Source of the DNA: Caecitellus pseudoparvulus
Lineage: Eukaryota; Protista; Bigyra: Bicosoecida
Length of the DNA stretch: 6,331 nucleotides
NCBI GenBank assembly: GCA_965644315.1
Contig: CBFFRQ010000166.1
Span: 1-6,331, forward strand
Direction of reading: 5' to 3'
Of the stretch, positions 5,395-6,331 are shown piece by piece. The notes beneath the pieces were generated by a model. The model worked only from the letters and a program-made list of their open reading frames with translations. It made no database searches and was not told where the DNA came from. Numbering within the stretch: the stretch's first letter is position 1; the number at the start of each line of letters is the position of its first letter. Position numbers and translations under genes: made by a program.

Positions 5395-6331
5395 TGCAAA
5401 GAGCGCCGGGGCGGACACTGTGGGGCAGTGGAGGGCTGCCTGTCGCGCTCGCAAAGTGGATGCACTGATGAAAATGCTGCAAGTGTCTAGCCAGGGCGAC
5501 ACGCCAGTCTTGGAGGCGCTGACAAGTGACGACACAACGGCTGGCTTTGTGGCGGCTTGTCGGGCCGGACATGTTGGGCTGCTGCGGGAGATGCTGTCGG
5601 TGGAGGGGAAGAAGGCAGTGGATGTGCATGTGGGATCATTCGGAAGTTCTGAGGATGGCTTCAAGCTGGCTTGTGAAGACGGGCACATCGGTGTGGTGCG
5701 CGAGCTGCTCGCGCTGAGGGGTGATCGTGAGATTGATATACACGCTGGGCAAGAGGCTGCCTTCAGGTTCAGTTGTAGGAATGGACATGAGGAGATTGTG
5801 CGTGAGCTGTTGGCATTATCTGGTGACCGTGAGGTGGATGTGCATGCTGGTTTTGGCGGTATTCCAGAGGCTGGCTTCAGGCTTGCCTGTCGCTTTGGGC
5901 ACATTGATATTGTACGTGATCTGCTGGCTTTATCTGGTGACCGTGAGGTGGATGTCCATGTTGGGCCTGAGGGTGATCCTGAGTATGTCTTCCGAATGGC
6001 ATGTCAGAATGGGCATGTGGAAGTTGTACGTGAGCTCCTGGCACTTGCGGGCGATCGCCGGTTGAACGTGCATGCTGGGTCTGAGAATAGGCCCGAGGCT
6101 GGCTTTCGGTCTGCCTGCGAGAATGGGCGTTTGGACGTTGTGCGGGAGCTGCTGGCACTGACGGGTGACCGTGAGGTAGATGTGCACGCAGGGCCTGAGG
6201 GGAAGCCGGATTATTCCTTTCGAGTTGCTTCTCGCTTTGGGCACACTGATGTGGTGCGCGAGCTTCTTGGCCTCACCGGCCATCGATCCATTCCCCTGCG
6301 AGCTCGCCTTGCCGCTGGTGAAGTGGCTGTG
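5390..6331 (+). CDS. Ankyrin-repeat protein, array member 5, 3'-truncated by window edge (314 aa visible, 7 units)
   Basis: Not in the ORF track because no stop lies in the window. Manual translation from ATG 5390 is open to the end: MAAKSAGADTVGQWRAACRARKVDALMKMLQVSSQGDTPVLEALTSDDTTAGFVAACRAGHVGLLREML...VVRELLGLTGHRSIPLRARLAAGEVAV. The N-cap is closely related to member 4 and the shared leader is at 5366. Confidence 0.93.
   Translation, partial: MAAKSAGADTVGQWRAACRARKVDALMKMLQVSSQGDTPVLEALTSDDTTAGFVAACRAGHVGLLREMLSVEGKKAVDVHVGSFGSSEDGFKLACEDGHIGVVRELLALRGDREIDIHAGQEAAFRFSCRNGHEEIVRELLALSGDREVDVHAGFGGIPEAGFRLACRFGHIDIVRDLLALSGDREVDVHVGPEGDPEYVFRMACQNGHVEVVRELLALAGDRRLNVHAGSENRPEAGFRSACENGRLDVVRELLALTGDREVDVHAGPEGKPDYSFRVASRFGHTDVVRELLGLTGHRSIPLRARLAAGEVAV

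Larger units (their letters stand above)
254..6331 (+). repeat. Tandem gene array: five homologous leader+gene+spacer units, periods 1194/1299/1543/1076 bp
   Basis: Leader copies start at 254, 1448, 2747, 4290 and 5366. Both CDSs and spacers are mutually homologous. Period differences are mostly explained by the number of 114-bp units. Confidence 0.93.

Overview
GC-rich window (roughly 60% by eye) occupied almost entirely by a head-to-tail tandem array of five co-oriented, apparently intronless, paralogous ankyrin-repeat genes on the + strand: 278-1195, 1472-2515, 2771-4042, 4314-5117 and 5390->6331. The fifth runs off the window and is missing from the ORF track. Every protein has a ~50-aa N-terminal cap, then 6/7/9/5/7 atypical 38-aa (114-bp) ankyrin units with a fixed framework and a hypervariable loop, then a conserved ~30-aa C-terminal tail. 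Each gene is preceded by the same 29-nt element TGCGGAATCTGARCCCACCACGCCATGGC, which ends at the start codon. The four 255-276-bp spacers are homologous and carry position-fixed motifs. The array shows a recent ~806-bp homogenised tract between genes 2 and 3, a two-unit gain inside gene 3, and mosaic gene ends. Kozak-like GCCATGG starts without Shine-Dalgarno sequences suggest a eukaryote (protist) or a eukaryotic giant virus; the host cannot be determined from the window. No recombinase, reverse transcriptase, transposase, RNA gene or CRISPR array is visible. Best hypothesis (inference): a recombination-diversified repertoire of ankyrin binders resembling natural DARPins, under shared cis-control.
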